Counted from the stretch's first letter, positions 12,731-26,046 are shown. The stretch is DNA of 64,000 nucleotides from Selaginella moellendorffii (GCF_000143415.4 NW_003314266.1:2553399-2617398); one strand, 5' to 3'. Numbers and translations are program-made. The notes: a model not told the origin generated them from the letters alone.

Positions 12731-14310
12731 AATGAAAATTAGCTCTTTTGCATGACAAATATATATATGGCAATATATGGCAACATGCTGAGTAATAGAA
12801 GATAAATTCAAGCTTGTATTAACTAATACAGAGAGAATAATAGAAGACTTTTTATTATAAAAACGAGTTTAAAAAGTAAATACTAAATGAACTGGTGCCG
12901 AGTGAACCCCTTGATGATACTCTTGAAAGAAAGATGAAGGGATTATTGACTTATTCACGAAAGGTCTTTTTATTACTCATGTGACTTTTCATTTTTTAGA
13001 TGCATCTTGGCTTCCACTACAGCAACATTAATAGGATGTTGTTGATGCTAGGGTTTCCATCTAGGAAATGGAGGTAGCCAATCTAAAAAACGCTAACAAT
13101 GCTGATAAGTGTGNNNNNNNNNNNNNNNNNNNNNNNNNNNNNNNNNNNNNNNNNNNNNNNNNNNNNNNNNNNNNNNNNNNNNNNNNNNNNNNNNNNNNNN
13201 NNNNNNNNNNNNNGAAATGTTTAGGTTGAAAGCTTGATCTGCTTTGACATATGTGGTTCTGCATAAAGCTAGAGGCTTCAAAAACAAACGCCAAATTACA
13301 TCACCAACTCAAATGGCCTTTGACGAAGACAATACAATTGTTGGAAGGTATAATCACAATTGTCAACATGTCCAAATGCGTATTTGAAGAAGTTTGAGAG
13401 AATACTCTAATCCTCATAAGTGGCTATGTTTAAACCATTGTACCACTATAGTATAATCCTTTAGAGACACATGGGAAACTCACACAAACATTAAATATCA
13501 TCCTAAGAATGATATGTGGCAATCACTATGAAGTGATTAAACCAATAATACACCTCATCCCCAGGATTCCCACAGAAGAACGTGAGGATTGGCAGCAAGA
13601 GTAGAAAGAATTGTACCACGTGCCATGATGTTGCTATCAATTGAGTTTGATTATTCAACTGTAATTGCATAGCATCAAGAAATTACATTAACTATTGCTC
13701 TAAAGTCAAAAGAGGAGGAAGTTATTACTTTGTTATGAAGATGAACAAAAAAGAAAAAGCAAAAAAGAAGAAATTAAGAAAAGTAATAAGAAAAGGGAGA
13801 TTTAGACAATGCAAAAGTTAAATCTAAGCTAAAATCCCAAATTGTAACAGTCCTTATGGACAATCAAAACTCCCCCTAATCACCACAAATGTGAATGCAT
13901 GGAATATGGAAAGAGAATACAAAAAATGTGTATATCAATTAGCCAAAAAACCCTAATTTATATATAGAAGTGAGTGGTCTAGATTTAAATTAATCTAATG
14001 GCTACCAAATCCCACTATATTAATATTAATATACAGCATCGTAACTATATACTTGCACTTCATAGCAAGAGTGACAAAATTTATATAAAATCACTAATTT
14101 TTATATTCACCCAACATTTGCTGGGCAATACCAATATATAATATTTGTAATAGAGATCACTCCAAGTATAAACGTTGATAAGAATATGCGAAATAGATTC
14201 TCTAAAAGTATCTTTGATCGTCCAAAAATTTCTAGAGGGATAAGCTCGAATGTGACAATAAAGAAGCTTCTTTAGGGCTCGCTCCTTTTGAATTATTTCC
14301 CCCTCTCACG

Positions 14311-16323
14311 ATGGCGATGGCAGCGATGGTCTGGGCGCTCGCTCCATTGGTGATTTTGCTCATCCATCCCGCCGTATGCTCGCGCCTGATTCTATCGCCG
14401 CTCACGCTCCACAATGGTCTCGGCAAGACGCCGCCAATGGGGTAAGCGGAGGATTGCCTTTAGACGCAAAGAATGTGATGTATTTGCACAGATGGAATAG
14501 CTGGAACCATTTCGGATGCAACATCGATGAATTGACCGTCAAAGAAACTGGTATGTGTTTTCGTTGCGAATTTTCCAAGCTCACCTCCTACGCATCCAGC
14601 CGAGGCGCTGGTCTCGACTGGCCTGGCTGCATTGGGATACAATTACTTGAATGTTGGTAAGTTATTTTTGTTCCATTTTTTTTCTTTGGTTGTTTGATCA
14701 CAGGCTTGTTTTCTGGTTTCTGGCAGACGATTGCTGGGCCGAGATGAAGCGAGGCTCTGAAGTAAATCTGTTTTGAGTGTACACGGCCGGGCAATGGTCA
14801 GTGAATTGTAACGCAATATTTTGTTTCTCAGGGCGAACTTACTGCTCGAGCAGCAACTTTCCCATCTGGCATCAAGGCCCTGGCGGATTTTGTTCACGAG
14901 AAAGGTCTCAAGTTTGGGATTTATTCCGACGCTGGGTAAGCTACTGAACTGGTCGATGCATTAATTTTCTTTGTTACTTGTTCAAGGTACTTTACGTGTG
15001 AGAAGCAGCCTGGATCTCTTGGATACGAGGAACAAGACGCTGAAACCTTCGCCTCATGGGTAAGCTTGAGCACAAGTTTTTCGTTTTAAGCTTTTGTTTT
15101 CTTTAGGGAATCGATTATCTCAAGTATGATAACTGCTACACAGATGGAAGTAAGCCTGAGTTGAGGTAAGAACTCTTTTGAACTCTTGGTTTCTCTTGTT
15201 CATTTTCTGTATCAGGTATCCAATCATGCAGGAAGCTCTCGCCAAGACGGGTCGTAAGATATTCTTCTCCATCTGCGAATGGTGGAAGTTTTTCTCGTTC
15301 TCTTCCTTCTTTTCGTGTTTTGTTTACGCTTATCTTTTTGCAGGGGCGTCGATGACCCCGCAGAATGGGCGCCTGACGTTGGAAATAGCTGGCGTACTAC
15401 CGGTGACATCACCGATACCTGGAAAAGGTATTCTCTTTCCTTGTTTCTCAGCTCTGATCTTTGCACAGCATGACAACTATTGCCGATTTAAATGATCGCT
15501 GGGCTTCGTTTGCTGGACCCGGCGGCTGGAATGGTGATTTCATTTCCCGCGCTTCCCACTTTTCTTTTCACGAACTCTGCGTAACTTGCAGATCCAGACA
15601 TGCTTGAAGTTGGAAACGGCGGAATGACCATTGACGAATATCGGTCACACTTCAGCATATGGGCATTGATGAAGGTTTCACTTAATTGTTTATTTCCAGC
15701 CACTGAGATTGTTTAGCTCGCAGGCACCATTGATTCTCGGCTGTGATCTCCGAGATATGAGCAATGACACGCTAGAGATCATTACCAACAAGGAGGTTAT
15801 CAGTGTAAATCAAGGTAGTCTGTTTGTTTTGATTCAGATACCTGTTTGTTTTTATAAGAGCCTTGTCTATAGATTCATTGGGAATTCAAGGGAGAAAAGT
15901 TTGTAAGAAAGGACCTGAAGAATGCCACGAGGTAATCTTTGTTTGTCTTGGATTATCACTCCTCAATTCTCGTAGTTTCTGCCAGATCTGGGCCGGTCCA
16001 CTCTCTCTTAAGCGAACAGCGGTAGTGATCTGGAACAGGTGCGAGGGGGATGCCGATATCGAGGTGTCATGGCAAGAGATCTCATTGCACCCATCCACTC
16101 GAGTGACAATACGAGACTTGTGGAAGGTATTTTTCAAGCTTGATGAGTATCACCACTACTTACTGCCTTGCAGCACGAGTACTGGAGTGGTGTTTACAAC
16201 GAAAGCATTGTGGTTAGCGTGGCCCCTCATGGTGCCGAGATGTTTATCCTAAGCCCGGGATGGTCGTCTCTTCCTAAGCAGGTTCTCGCAGCAGTCTTTG
16301 ATACTATGTTCGCTTCACAGTAA
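14311..16323 (+). CDS. AGAL: Alpha-galactosidase (GH27), secreted, ~15 exons
   Basis: Signal peptide; [15 protein letters not shown]; DDCW; GIYSDAG; DYLKYDNC; NSWRTTGDI; [12 protein letters not shown]; APLILGCD. The C-terminal end may be alternatively spliced to ~16430. Confidence 0.95.
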
Positions 16324-16573
16324 TCGAAATGCTAAAGCTACTGGCTAAGATTGAGAGTTGTAATTGCTCATGCTTTCCTTGCAGGAAGGCCGAGCATAGA
16401 TAAGCTCGAAGACAAGTCTGTGTGTGTTAAATCTGTTACAATTTATACTTCGTTGATTATCGAGCTCTCCTTTAAGCTTTTGGTTCCGACTATGGCATGA
16501 CATGATACTGGTTAGAGCAAGAAAATGCTTTGTAAATATTTATTTTGTGACGGCCGAGATTAAAAGTTACTTT

Positions 16574-17088
16574 TTAATCGAATTTGTAGTGCTTGTCCAC
16601 CGTGGCAGCCACGTCCCACGTACAGCTCATTCCTTTTGGGAAGACAACCAAATCCCCGGCGCTAATCTCCACGAATTCGTCGCTAGATCCCTCCGGATAC
16701 ACCTTCACCTTGCCCTCCAGCAGATAACACGTCTCCCTGGCATCGTATGTCCATGGGAATTTGCTGGGCGTGCAGCCCCACCTGGAGTTCCATCCTTCGA
16801 TCAATCACTCACTCTCCATCGATCAAAACAGCAAGAGGAATCGACTTACTTTGGCCAGGTCTTGACGCCCAGCTCTCTCAGTCTCGCATCCGAGGGCTCC
16901 TTCTCGACCTTGATGCCCAATTTCTCCACCACTGCTGGTGCCTGGCGATCCTGCGCCATAGCTCGGAGCCCCTTGGAGCGCAAAGGCCTCGTGGCGGCGG
17001 GTCTACTAGCCAAGCGCTCAAAATCGCCACAACCCTGAAAAGCTCTGGAGCAAGGGAAAGACAAGGCTGCGCTTATAGCTGCTGCCAT
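16574..17088 (-). CDS. RmlC-like cupin_3 (DUF861) protein, plastid-targeted, TRR14-like, 2 exons
   Basis: Transit-like N-terminus; LRELGVKTWPK|WGCTPSKFPWTYDARETCYLLEGKVKV..GDLVVFPKGMSCTWDV..VDKHYKF. Confidence 0.92.
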
Positions 17089-17255
17089 AGCCGTATAGAA
17101 TGACTGAAATACAATGCGATGCGACACGTGTTCTGACACGTAGATGACACATAGGCAAAAAGGTCAGCCACGTGCAGTGCGCATGCTCCACGTAACTACC
17201 ACGTAAGCTTAAGCCAAATGGCATATACCCTGAAGATATTAAAGCTCCCCGAAGC
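17089..17255. promoter_or_regulatory. Compact bidirectional promoter with five ACGT elements
   Basis: 167 bp between divergent ATGs. CACGTG at 17125 and 17169; ACGT at 17138, 17190 and 17201. Confidence 0.65.
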
Positions 17256-17973
17256 ATGGCTCGTTGTCCAAGCCATGTCTCCAGCGCATTGTCTCTCAAT
17301 CCACATTCCAGCAGCGGCACCACTGGTTGTGGCAGTGGGATTTTTCCTCCCAGGAGGAGCTTGCCTGCGTTTTCCAGCAACACTGGATCAATCTCCATCA
17401 AGCAAGCGAGCAAATCAACGAAATGCCGAGAGCTGGCTGTGAGTGGAGCTGGGAGTTCTATTGTCCAGGAAGATGAAGGTGAGCCAATCTCTCTGGGGAC
17501 TGCCAAGCTTCCTGCTAATGTGGACGTGAAGCTCCTCGAGGACTTGATGTTTCAAGTAAGTGAATCTCTACCTTGAAGTTGTAAGAAAGAAAGATAACCT
17601 TCTACTGTTTCAGTGGGGCAACAGCCTCACGCAAAACGCGAACTTCACTCTGGAGCTCCCTCTCAAGGTAGAATCCTTCAAGAGCTTGAATCTACTACAC
17701 CAATAAAAGGAGAAATGGAAATGTTAAATGCAGGTGGACAAAGTGAAAAATGGAGTAAGACTGGCATACATACGAATCAATGAAGGAGTTGTCGAGGATC
17801 TAGTTTACATTGATGTGCTAGTGCTGCCACCAAGTAGTGAATCAACACAGCCTTTCTTCCTGGTGCAAAGGAGTGGCAAACTCAAAAACTCTGTCCCTCC
17901 TGGTGAGCCAGCCATCATGCAGAGCCTACTGCAAGCACTCAAAAAGTCAGTACAAATTGCAACACCGAATTGA
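17256..17973 (+). CDS. Conserved uncharacterised plastid-targeted protein, 3 exons
   Basis: Ser-rich transit peptide; LGTAKLP..LMFQ|WGNSLTQNANFTLELPLK|VDKV..PPGEPAIMQSLLQALKKSV. Resembles a conserved plant family recalled from memory. Confidence 0.8.
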
Positions 17974-18425
17974 GTGAGATGGATGTAAAGATTATTTCAA
18001 AATTGTAAAATTTCTCTCTTGAGAACTTGCTTGCCTACCTGCATGATCAGGCACTCTTAGAAAAGTGCAAAGGCTATGATCTTTACAAGTCTAGCCACTT
18101 CCTCTTGCCCATATCTTCCTGTTCAGTATACTAATAGTAAGGTGTTCAATGGGTAAACATGTGCTCTTACCCAACGAAATAGTTTGCTTCTCGATTCCGT
18201 CTTCAGTCATGTCTGAGCACTTAGAAAGTTAAATGATTTGATCACATCACAAACCTGGGTCGCATTGAACTTCGTGCAAAGGTATNNNNNNNNNNNNNNN
18301 NNNNNNNNNNNNNNNNNNNNNNNNNNNNNNNNNNNNNNNNNNNNNNNNNNNNNNNNNNNNNNNNNNNNNNNNNNNNNNNNNNNNNACCACAAAATGACTC
18401 AAATGATTCCAAGAGCAGTAGGAAG

Positions 18426-18620
18426 TTTATGTCGCATCATGTATTACATTTGTAATAACTCTTTGAAAATGTAAATAAGCTCAAGTAAATTTGAGGTCTT
18501 AACTTTTAATCTTTCCTTCACAACAAAGGAAAGAAAAAGTATTTAAAATCTCAAAATTTATTTGGACTTACTTACACTGTCAAAGAGTTGTTCTAAATAT
18601 TATTTCTTAGCTACATAAAA
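18426..18620. repeat. Imperfect ~195-bp AT-rich hairpin (MITE-like or foldback)
   Basis: 18454-18517 is an imperfect reverse complement of 18527-18592, with a ~9-nt loop. Pairing extends outward. Confidence 0.7.
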
Positions 18621-19309
18621 TGAGTACCATACTGTAACTAAAGGTCTGAAAGGGTTCTACACTGCTCGATGTCAAAATCATTTGAGAAATTCTTGTTCAT
18701 GCCAACAATTAATTAAAAAAGGAGGTCTTGTAAAGAGGTTATAGATATCAGAGTCAGTTGCTTGTGCCTTAAAGAAGTCAATAAGCTTTTCAAGTGTCTT
18801 AAGAACTTTCAGATTCAACTCTGCTAATTTTCCTAGCTGCATTTACGCTCCTCAACCAAGGTTTTTGCACAATGGCTTTGATTCAAGAGTTTAAAATTTT
18901 GTACTATTACCTTGTGCTAGAGGCTTTGTCCATGCATGTTGATTATCATATTTGCCATCTCGGTCATCTTTTAACATTTTTTATGTAAACGTAAGGCACA
19001 GATGAAAATACATGACTGTAGCTTTTGCACTTCCTCCCACCAGGAGTTTTCAGTGTAGAAGACAAAAGAGATATAAGCATAACTCTTTGATTCCGAATAG
19101 ACTGCCTTGTAGAATAACACAAAAAACTCACCCAAATTGTCCACAAGACTTTGTAAGTACTTGAGCTGGAGCTAGAGCTTCTGCTGCTCTTCCAGCCCTC
19201 TGGCTCAGACTGGCCACAGACCTGGAATTCTATGTCAAACTCACTAGAGCTCCATAAAACATAATTTACCATTTACCTCATCTAGCTTTGGCTCCGGGAC
19301 CTTAATAAT

Positions 19310-19745
19310 ATGCTCCAAGACTTGAATACATAAAATAAGCTCTGAGCTCCAAGAATTTCAATTTACATTTGCCTCCAACTTATGCTTCTCCTATTTCAAC
19401 TCCTGTAACTCCTAAATCACATGTGAACTCACTACATCTCCATGAAATGCATGCAATCTAAATTTACCTAATCCAACTTTGGCTGTGGGACTTCAAGGGT
19501 GCACTTCAGCTCCTCAGTGGTGAGCTCTGGCTCCACAAGGGAGAGGTCTAGTTCCTCATTAATGTGCTCTGAGACTTGTATTTATAAAATAAGCTTGAAG
19601 CTCTAAACATGTCAGTTTACATTTACCTCAACTCGCACTTCCACTGCTCCAACTCCTCTAGCTCCTGAATCATATGTGAGCTCGTCACAGCTCCATAAAA
19701 TGCATGCAATCTATACTTCCATCTTAGGCTCCAGGTACCTCCAGA
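19310..19745 (+). repeat. Degenerate ~180-bp direct repeats followed by a C-rich tract
   Basis: 19310-19490 resembles 19565-19745 (AAATAAGCT..TTTACATTT..AAATGCATGCAATCTA). Poly-C runs at 19776-19836. Confidence 0.7.
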
Positions 19746-20019
19746 ACTTGGATTCATATAGAAGCTCCAGGTACTGCCCCCGCCCCCCACCACCCCAACC
19801 CCGCACACTCCCCCGGCCCCCCCCCCCCCCCCCCCTCGTTCCACCGACAGCAGCCAATCAGTCAACTGTTTCACGTTACAAAGATAGGATTTCGAAACGT
19901 TCCTGTGGCTAATGATTTACATTTATGTCCTATACTATTATAGTAGAAAGCAGAAGTTTGTTAGCATGCAGTTCTTTTTCCATGGCTTACACCAGCCTTT
20001 ACCCTTAAAATTACTGACT

Positions 20020-21400
20020 GCAGCAGCTGAGGTCGCTCAGCTGCTGTACCTTGCTAGCTTGCCTGCTGTTTAAGAACTGATGTTGTAAGCATTGATGACA
20101 AGCTCAGCCTTCCTTGTGCTGCCAACCAGTGAGCAACAACCACAAGTGTGAAAGAGAAGATCACAATCAATACCAAAACTAAATATTGCAAGAACCACAA
20201 TGCTGTCACCAACACCTGGAATTTGATTTGAAACACAATCTTTAACTAAGATACCAGTACGACATTCACAGACAATTGGCAAAAGTATGCACCAAGTTAA
20301 GAGAATCTGAAAGAAAACAACTACCAACAAGAAGATCAATGCACCTTAAGTGTAGAAGACAATGTAGAGCAAATGACAGAGGCCAGCCTGAACACCTTGA
20401 AGTGTATAGATGCCACCATCGCCTCTCAGAACTGCAAGCGGAAAACTTGAGAACGAGTTTCTGTACCAGTCAAAAGATTTAGGCCGAGCCCACATTGCCT
20501 TGACACTTCTCCGGCAGCTGGTGAAGATGTCCATAAACTAACATAAGGCTTGATCCCGTGAGGTTGAGGCAAGAGCAAAGACGATCAGCTCTCCTACAAT
20601 CTTGGTCTCCTGTGACGTCTTTTAGATTGCTTCTATACATGACTCTATGACAGGAGTGCCACTATACATGGCTCCCTAGAGCAGCTTTATAACCACATGG
20701 CAGATGTATGGACTCTTGATGTGATATTGTAAGGTTCTGTTTGTTTCACAAACAGAACGCACATTGTCATAAGTAGGAATGAACTCTATGTTGGCCAGCC
20801 TCCTTATTACTCTAACTCTCTTTACATGCTTATTCGCCATAGACTGAAGTTAATTGTTGCAATTTTGTTATAACTTTAGCTATCGCTGTCAAGCAGGATG
20901 CACCTAATTCTCTCAGCTCAAACTTCAAAAGCTTTTTGAAAACAAGGTTCGCTTACTGGGTTACCCCACAGGATGTTCATAAATTTCTAAACTGAATTGT
21001 AGACTGAATTGTTGGAGGAGACATCTGACGAAATAGCAGCACCAGTTCTTTCCAGGAGCAATGCCACTCCAGTAGCTCTCGTCATGGGTAAGAAGAGGCC
21101 ATAGTTGACAAATGTGGTGCGGGAAGCAGGAGCTGCGACTGCATTCGAAAGAGGATGTGACGCTGTCTGGAAATATTGTGCTAGAATCACCTGCTAATGT
21201 ACTCGATCGTGCACCAACAGGAGCCAGCTCCTACCAAAAGACCAGAATCAGTGCCCTGTCCATCTAATGACAGTACTACTCAGGCATGCACAGCTCCTCT
21301 TGATAATGCTTAGTATTGATTTTCATTGTCTTTACTTCAGAGCTTTCTTGCGCTATTTACCTAGACCGATGTGCTTTAACTTATGTTTTACATCCTTTTC
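20020..21400 (-). pseudogene. TIO: FUSED/TIO kinase pseudogene copy 1 (scrambled; kinase piece inverted)
   Basis: Plus strand 20650-20960: PLYMAP..YNHMADVW..ELYVGQPPYYSNSLYMLIRH..NFKSFLK. Minus strand: AHWLAAQGRLSLSSMLTTS. Paralogous to 24240-25560. Confidence 0.75.
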
Positions 21401-21534
21401 AAAAATTTGAAGTAAAATAGTGAAGGAGCTGCAGTAAGGTATGAAACTAATACTACCTTCAAATCTTTTGTTACATACCAAACCAATCGGGGATTAATTG
21501 AACCTACGAGTAAGTCTTGAGGAGCCTTTCTTTA

Positions 21535-22410
21535 AGAGTGCTCATGGAAAATCAGAAGATGGCACTCGTGGAAAATTATAAAAGATAGTGGTTATGGAAA
21601 AGAATAAAAGGATAGCACTCTCGCTCCCAGAAAATCATCGGAGTATAACACTCGTGTTCACAAAAAAGAATTGGGGGACAACAACTACAACAAAAGTAAG
21701 GTGAGTTGTGAGAGATGAATTTTTTTTTTACCTCTTTGGTTTTTCTCTCGAAGTTGCAAGAGAAGAATATTTTTCCAACATTGATAGGGCAAAAGCTAGT
21801 AAGTCTATTTCTTCATTATATATATTATTGATTGATGTTGTCTGTTTCTTAAGATTTTGCGGAGGCTCTTATCACTTGCCCAAAGATTCCAGATGCAAAT
21901 GTAAACTTTTGGGATTCAAGATGAAAACAAAAGGCTCGTCCAGAGTTTTATAAGCCGTTCATTTTCCTCATTGAACCATGCAACCTAATGAGCATATGCC
22001 ATTTGGCTCCCCCAAGATAATGAGTCATCTTGGATCCCAAAAGCTTACGTTCGTGTCTGAAATCTTTGGGCAAGTGCTAAGAGTCCGCACAAAATCTTAA
22101 AAAACAAACCACATCAATTAATAATGAAGAAACAAACTTATTAGATCTTGCCCCGTTAATGCTGAAAGAACATTATTTTCTTGCGACTTTGAAAGAAAAA
22201 CCAAAAAGATTAAAAAAGAATTCACCTTTGACAACTCACCTCACTTCTGCTGTAGTTGCCATCCTTTAATTCTTTTCCACAAACATGAACGTTGTTCTTT
22301 GATGATTTTCCAGAAGCAAGAGTGTTGTCCTCCAATTCTCTTCCACAACCACTGTCTAATAATTTTTCCATAAGTGCCATCCTCCAATTTTCCACTAGCA
22401 CTGTCCTCCG
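21535..22410. repeat. Long inverted repeat (foldback element): ~390-bp arms, ~100-bp spacer, ~24-bp subrepeats in the outer arms
   Basis: 21535-21923 is an imperfect reverse complement of 22025-22410. The motif GGAAAATTGGAGGACAGTGCT-like is tandemly repeated. Confidence 0.88.
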
Positions 22411-23559
22411 ATGATTTTCCAAGAGCACTGTCCTCCAATTTTCCACAAGCATAGCGAGAGAGGGGAGCTTGGACAACCTGGGAAGGAGAAGAGGATCATC
22501 AACAAAGAATTCACACGACTCCTTACCTTGCTCCAGTCCATCCCGCCGTCATCACAACTCCATACTTCCCTCTTCAGGCACCCAGATTTCTGATCAGCAT
22601 CCATTTCTTCTCTCCTAGAAAACCAGCGAGCGTCCATTTCCTTAGAAAGACACTTATCTTTAATATCTTTAAAGGGTAAGCAAACCTGCATTCGAATGCA
22701 AACCTTCAGAATCACAAAGCAACTTCCTAGAGCCTTCCAAGTCCTTTCTTTTGTGCTATTACCTTTGCCCGACGGGAGAGATCGAACAACGTGTTGAGGA
22801 CCTGATGCACCTTAGGGAGTGCAGAGAAACAGGAGACACGCACGGATCAGGTATTCCTTTCTTCATCATGCTGTCGAGAATGTCGCTGAGCAAGCTCACG
22901 ATCTGCAATATCCTCAAAGTCTGACCTTCAGAACCGAACAGCAGTTTGCTCGCTTTGGAACACGAACATGGTCAGTGCACAATCTTCCGAGATCATTCAC
23001 ACCGCCTGTTAGCCTGAAAAATGTAAAAACGACGCACCTCACACGACAAGGGGCCAGCGCCGCCTTGCAAGCCGAGCACAACGACGCCATGGATCCTTGA
23101 AAGGCACTGTGCTATAGGGCTAATCCCAGCCTCCAATTTCGAAACCCCATCCAACGGCGGTCGGTTGCTCCACCGACAGCAGCCGGTTGTCATGGGATAT
23201 TCCGCGTTACTATTATCTATTAACTACAACTCCACCACCAGTGCTCGAGAGCTCGAGCACCTTCGAAAGCTCTCGCAACCGAGCGTATGAAACCGCTGTA
23301 TGGACTCAGAATGCCAATGCTCAGCAATGCTTCGATGATTTCTTCAGCTCGCTCATCTCACCTGTGAAACAATGCTCCCCACCTCAAATGCAAGCCAGGC
23401 TCACTTGAAATACATGATCCCACTTCGGTGTTTCCTGAGAGACCATCGCTGCATGCGGAGCTGAGCTCTTGCACGAGCTTTGTCACTCTGCATCTTCCGC
23501 GTTGTAGGATTGTCAAGTTGTACCATCTGCTTTTGATTGTTCTCAAAGCCTTTGAGCTT

Positions 23560-25620
23560 TTACCCCATAAGTTCTAAGAGAGTTGCTTCCCATCCAAGTT
23601 TGCGAGCTGGGACGAAGAAAAAACGTTACCAGCCATCGGAAGAAGAGGCACATTGCACTCTACCTTCAAGTGAGAAGCTACTTCTCCATGAAAAAGGAAC
23701 TGCGGCAGTGGGGTATACATAGGATCGTCTGCTGCAAATCGAGATTTAAGGAAACACTGCACTGCAGAGAAGACAGACAATTGCCTTCGGGGGACAGAAA
23801 ACATCCTTTCACAGTGTCAATGGCACATGTCCTTCATGCCCAGAAACTCCAAGCATCTCACAAAAGCTGAAACGTATTAGAAAAAACAAGCTGTTCTGCA
23901 ACCGAGACCTCGTGCAGAAGCTGCCAGTACAGAGACATGCTGGCGTTGATAAGTGTGGTGAAACGCCCCGTTGTATCCTTCCCAAACTTGCAGCTGCGTT
24001 AAATGCCGCTTCGAGAGCTGAAATTGCATATAAGACGCCGGGAGGGAGATAATCCCACCACCTGGAGCAGTCATTCGCTGTCTTTGGAGTGCTTCCTAGA
24101 TAGAGATGTTCTTTTCCCATACAAACCTGTCGTCGCCATGGCTAAGAAGGCCCAGAGAGCTTTCCCAACCATGGCAACGAACCTCCTTGCATCCGAGATC
24201 ACGGAGGAACGGTCTGCATTTTTTTCCCAGCATAAGAATCGCTGCCCACAGCAGCTGAGCGAGGTTGCTCAGCTACTGTAGGAACTGACGTTGTAAGCAT
24301 CGATGACAAGCTCAGTCTTCCTTGTGCTGCCAACCCGTGAGCAATAGCCGCAAGTGTGAAAGAAAAGACCACCGTCAATACCAGAACCTTTGTTGCCACC
24401 TCCCTGACTGCTCGCCAAATACTCAGATAGCATGCTGAATATCGCAGCAACCACAGTGCCGTCAGCACCACCTGGAGTTTGATTCGAAGCACGATCTTTT
24501 TAACTGAGATACCAGTGGACAATTGGCTAAAGTATGTACCAGGTTAAAAGAATCTTGAAACAAACAAGTATCAACAAAAAAAAATCAACACACCTAAAGT
24601 GTAGAAGACAACGTAGAGCGAATGACAGAGGCCAGCCTGAACACCTTCAAGTGTATAGATGCCAATTGGACAACTTATTACTGTCGTTCTTAGCTTTCTG
24701 TCCAGCTTCTCAGAATTGACTTGAGGATGAGCTTCTTTACCAGTCAAAAGATTTAGGCCACATGCCTACATGCTTCTCCGGAAGCTGGTCAAGACGTCCA
24801 CAAATGCATATCAATCTGAAACGCTCTTTGTGATACAGCTCCTGCGCCAAATAAGGCACGCACTAACGTAACGATCGTGCACTACACAAGGTGGAGCCAG
24901 CTCCTACCAAAAGACCAGAATCAGTGCCGTGTCCATCTAATGTCAGTACTAGTCAGGCGTGCACAGCTCCTCTCGATAGTGCTGGTAATGCTTCTATCGC
25001 TATAACAATTTTTCATTGTCCTTCTGCAGAAGTTTCCGTGACTTGATAAGAGCTCTCGCGTGCCAATGCTGTTTGTCCAGACCGATGTGCTTTTGCTCAA
25101 AATTTGGTGATGCTAGCACAATATTTCCAGGCAGCATCACATCCTCTTTCGAATGTAGTCGCAGCTCCCCACATTTGTCAATTATGGCCTCTTTTTAGCA
25201 ATATCTTACCCGTGCTGCTATTTCGTCAGATGTCAATAGAAACCTATGAACGTTTTTGTTGGATCCTGCGGTAAGCGAACCTTGTTAAAGAGCCCTTTCA
25301 AAAAACTTTTGAGAGCATCAGGTGGATCCTGCTCTACAGCGATAGCTAAAGTTATAACAACAATTACCTCCTGTAAACAGGAGTAAAAAGGAGGCTGGCC
25401 AACATAGAGTTCATTCCTGTTCATGACAATGCGCGTCAATGTAAAACAAACAGAACTTTACAATATCACACCAAGAGTCTGCTCTAGGGAGCCATGTATA
25501 GTGGAGCTCCTGTCACAGCATCATGGTTTCACGAATGTATAGAAGCAATCTAAAAGACAACCTTCGATCGAGCGAAGAACCATTTGTGTTGCAAGACATG
25601 TCCACAATCGCAGAGCTGAT
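23560..25620 (-). pseudogene. TIO: FUSED/TIO kinase pseudogene copy 2 (collinear, heavily deleted)
   Basis: In order: LCD..MSCNT.VLRSI.G, PLYMAP, ELYVGQPPFYS, KSFLKGLFNKV, TLAAIAHGLAAQGRLSLSSMLTTS, CLEFLGMKD, PLPQFLFH, SQLANL. This matches the order of plant TIO motifs. Confidence 0.78.
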
Positions 25621-26046
25621 TCCAACAATAGACACTCACAGGATTTCACAATCCAGAAGTGGTGCCTTCACCGGCACCGATCTCCCAGTGGATGGTGTAG
25701 TGCCCGAACCTACGAGTAAGTCTTCTTAGAAAAAGTCTCGCACTAATCTTTGTCGCTCTTGCTGTGCTTGAGCATACCGTCTGGGACATCGATCGATCAG
25801 GGGCAAACAAGAAAACAAGAATGCAGCTCATAGAACCTGGCCAGTGCATCTCGTCAAAAAGCCTAGAGCGATACCCAGAGTAGAAATTCTTCTGGTACAT
25901 TTATTTTGTATGGTAAGAATTCTTTTCTCTTTTTCGTTCTTGAAGGCAAGAAAATTCCCCCGTACAACGTGGCTGGGATAGAATTTCTGACAAGACATGA
26001 CAAGACATGTCCAACAGACGCTCGTAGTGCTCCTCGGATGGCATTC

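Noticed and set aside
13214-13920. Possible gag, PBS or LTR of the gypsy element
   Set aside because: The PBS-like match is weak and is separated from the RT by an assembly gap.
21540-22450. CRISPR-like short repeats
   Set aside because: Eukaryotic context, degenerate tandem units without unique spacers, and no cas genes.
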